From an uncultured Planctomycetota bacterium (GTDB taxonomy: Bacteria > Planctomycetota > Planctomycetia > Isosphaerales > Isosphaeraceae): DNA of 64,000 nucleotides. The translations under genes were made by a program, and so were the position numbers. Where the stretch lies: positions 4,736,001 to 4,800,000 of the forward strand of contig CAVTTN010000002.1 in the NCBI GenBank assembly GCA_963737655.1. The letters are read 5' to 3'. Below are positions 62,101-64,000 of this stretch, one piece after another (within the stretch, counting starts at the first letter, position 1; each line of letters opens with the position of its first letter). Below the pieces are notes generated by a model that searched no databases, was not told where the DNA came from, and saw nothing but the letters and a program-made list of their open reading frames with translations.

Positions 62101-62674
62101 TGCCGTCGGCGCTGGCGGTGGCCAGGAGCTTGCCGGAGGGGTCGAAGCTCATGGCGAACACGGCGTTGGTGTGGCCGGTGGTCGGCCCCGCGCCCCGCTC
62201 TCCCGAGGAGAGGATGCCGAACAGGTCGCCGGTCTTCGCCTCGCCCAGCCCGGGGTAACGGAACAGGAGGATCTGGCCATTGCGGCTGTCGATCCCGAAC
62301 CCGCCGACGGCGAGGACGCGCTGGCCGTGCTTGTCCGGGGCGCCCAGGGCCATCGCCTGGACGGCCCCCCTCAGCCCTCGGAAGATCGGCGGCTTCAGGC
62401 TCCTCTCGGGCCCGCGGTCGGCGGCGAAGTCCCAGAGGTAGATGGTCTTGTCCAGCCCGGCCGAGAGGACCTTCTCGCCCCCGGGCAGGGGCAGCAAGGC
62501 CCGGACCTGCGAGGAATGGCCGCCGGTGTCCAGGACGAGGATGGGGTCGGTGTAGTTGCGGACCTGGTCCTGCGCCCGGATCGGGGCCGTCCCCAGGGTC
62601 AGGGCCGCCGAGGCCAGGGCCCACGATCGGAGGGCCGCGGCCGCGCGGCGGGGGGGTCGAGTCGGGGTCTGCAT
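59103..62674 (-). CDS. secreted WD40 / PDZ-like / caspase-like (C14, catalytically degenerate) multidomain protein; frameshift at G6 run 60008-60013
   Basis: Signal peptide; GH...WD repeats; RSPAEGMGLEIGDVV (PDZ-like); adding one base fuses it to ORF 59103-60002 with LVVVAVG..FADSDA..AIETHL..VFLDGA. Confidence 0.8.
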
Positions 62675-63021
62675 CGTCGCCTCTGCGCCTTCGGAGGACC
62701 GGGCCTCGCGACCGGGACGGCCCGGCGACCGAGGACCGGACACCATTCGCCTGCACCAGCTTACGGCCCGACCGCCGGTCCGGGACGCCCGCCGCTTCGG
62801 AATCGCCACGGGGCCCCGGGATTCTCGCGATTCCGGAGAATCGGATCAAACCAAAAAGTCGGCGTGGTCGATAATCCCCTCAGAATCGGACCGACCGGAG
62901 CGATCCGGGCGGGGGCGAGGCCGTCGATGACGATCGTGCCCGAACCCTTCGAATCCGAACCGTACCGGGACCGCCGAAACCCCCGGGGGCGAGTGCCCCG
63001 ACTATTCAGGAGTCCGGCCCG

Positions 63022-64000
63022 ATGAGTAGGACACGACGAACCCGGTGGGCGGCGACCCTGGCCGCCCTGGGCCTCTGGGCGCGGCCAAGGTGGCGACCGC
63101 CGGGGACGACGGCCTGTACGGACCGCCGGGTGCGGGAGATACGGCCTTCCCCAAGGCCGACGCCCCTCCCCTGCCGATCTCCATGTCCAGGGCACCCGGG
63201 ACGCGGACGAATACCAAATCCGACGGCCTGACCCGAACCCGACACGGCTCGGCGGCGGCGCCCCAGTCCCAGGCCAGTCCGCAGGCCGGTCCGTTCGGGG
63301 CCACCGCCTCGGGCCAGGCCGGCATCCCGGCGCGACCGGCCAGGGAGGCCCGGCGGAATTCCCCTATGGGAACCCGCTCGGCGCCCCGGGGGCCGGGGGG
63401 ATGGGGGCCGGAGGGATGGGGGCCGGATCGACGGGCGGAGGCATCCCGGGGACAGGGGCCGCCACGCCTCCGGGCCTGGAGAACCTCGGCGCCGGTCCCG
63501 CGCCCGGAGCCGGAGCCGGAGCCGGAGCGGCCGGGGCCGGGGCGACCGACGCCGGGGCGGCGGCCTCGGGTCTGGGCGGCGGCTTCGCCGGGTCCACGGG
63601 CGCCTTCAACATGATCGGCGACCAGTCGCCGCTGTTCCAGAACGTGAAGATCAACGCCACGCCGTTCCCCGGGCCGGCGCCGGGGCCGAATCCCGCCGGG
63701 CGGCCTCCTCAGATCCCCTCCAGCACCCAGCAGAGCCTCCCCTTCCCCACCATCCGAGGCTTCAAGATCGCCGATAACCAGTCGCCCCGGCCCCAGGACC
63801 GCTTCTTCTACACCTTCAACTATTACGACAACCTCAACGCCGCCCAGAACCGCTACAATCAGTCGCCCGTGACCGACATGAAGGCCTATCGCCACGTCTT
63901 CGGCTTCGAGAAGACGTTCGACGACGGCAACGGCTCCATCGGCCTCCGCCTGCCGCTGAATACCCTCACGGCCAATTCGATCTCCCCGCGGAACATCGCC
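63022..64000 (+). CDS. planctomycete-type secreted/outer-membrane protein (partial; two apparent frameshifts about 63080 and 63360)
   Basis: AGGAG RBS, signal peptide, Gly/Pro linker, then FNMIGD...GFKIADNQSPRPQDRFFYTFNYY...GFEKTF..GNGSIGLRLP. Confidence 0.65.

Overview
High-GC chromosomal segment, most likely from a planctomycete (Isosphaeraceae-like). This is inferred from DUF1559 prepilin, LExRxLLS export motif, PEP-CTERM, Ser/Thr kinase-WD40, HINT-domain and Pro/Gly-rich secreted proteins. Housekeeping loci are ybaB-dnaX-ffs (SRP RNA), fabG-acpP-(second ACP)-fabF, copA, purL/purQ and tyrA. They are interspersed with planctomycete-type secreted and signalling genes, two PIN toxin-antitoxin modules and many intergenic palindromic repeats of several families. 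About ten frameshifts, mostly single-base indels in G/C runs and including one in purQ, look like consensus sequencing errors. Highlights: (1) a translationally coupled three-gene module (YLDPGSGS micro-membrane protein, NoeA-like kinase-fold/methyltransferase, Thr-type alkaline-phosphatase-superfamily membrane transferase) that may be an uncharacterised surface-modification system; (2) an A9 slippery site in dnaX with immediate stops in both shifted frames; (3) a 147-bp MITE with 27-bp perfect TIRs inserted exactly into the loop of a REP hairpin; (4) at least six REP/REPIN families, some nested; (5) a secreted protein with about 12 CxxC motifs and its partner; (6) a WD40-PDZ-pseudocaspase / FHA-kinase / TPR cluster. 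No CRISPR array, tRNA, rRNA or transposase gene was seen. All family assignments come from motif reading; no database searches were run.
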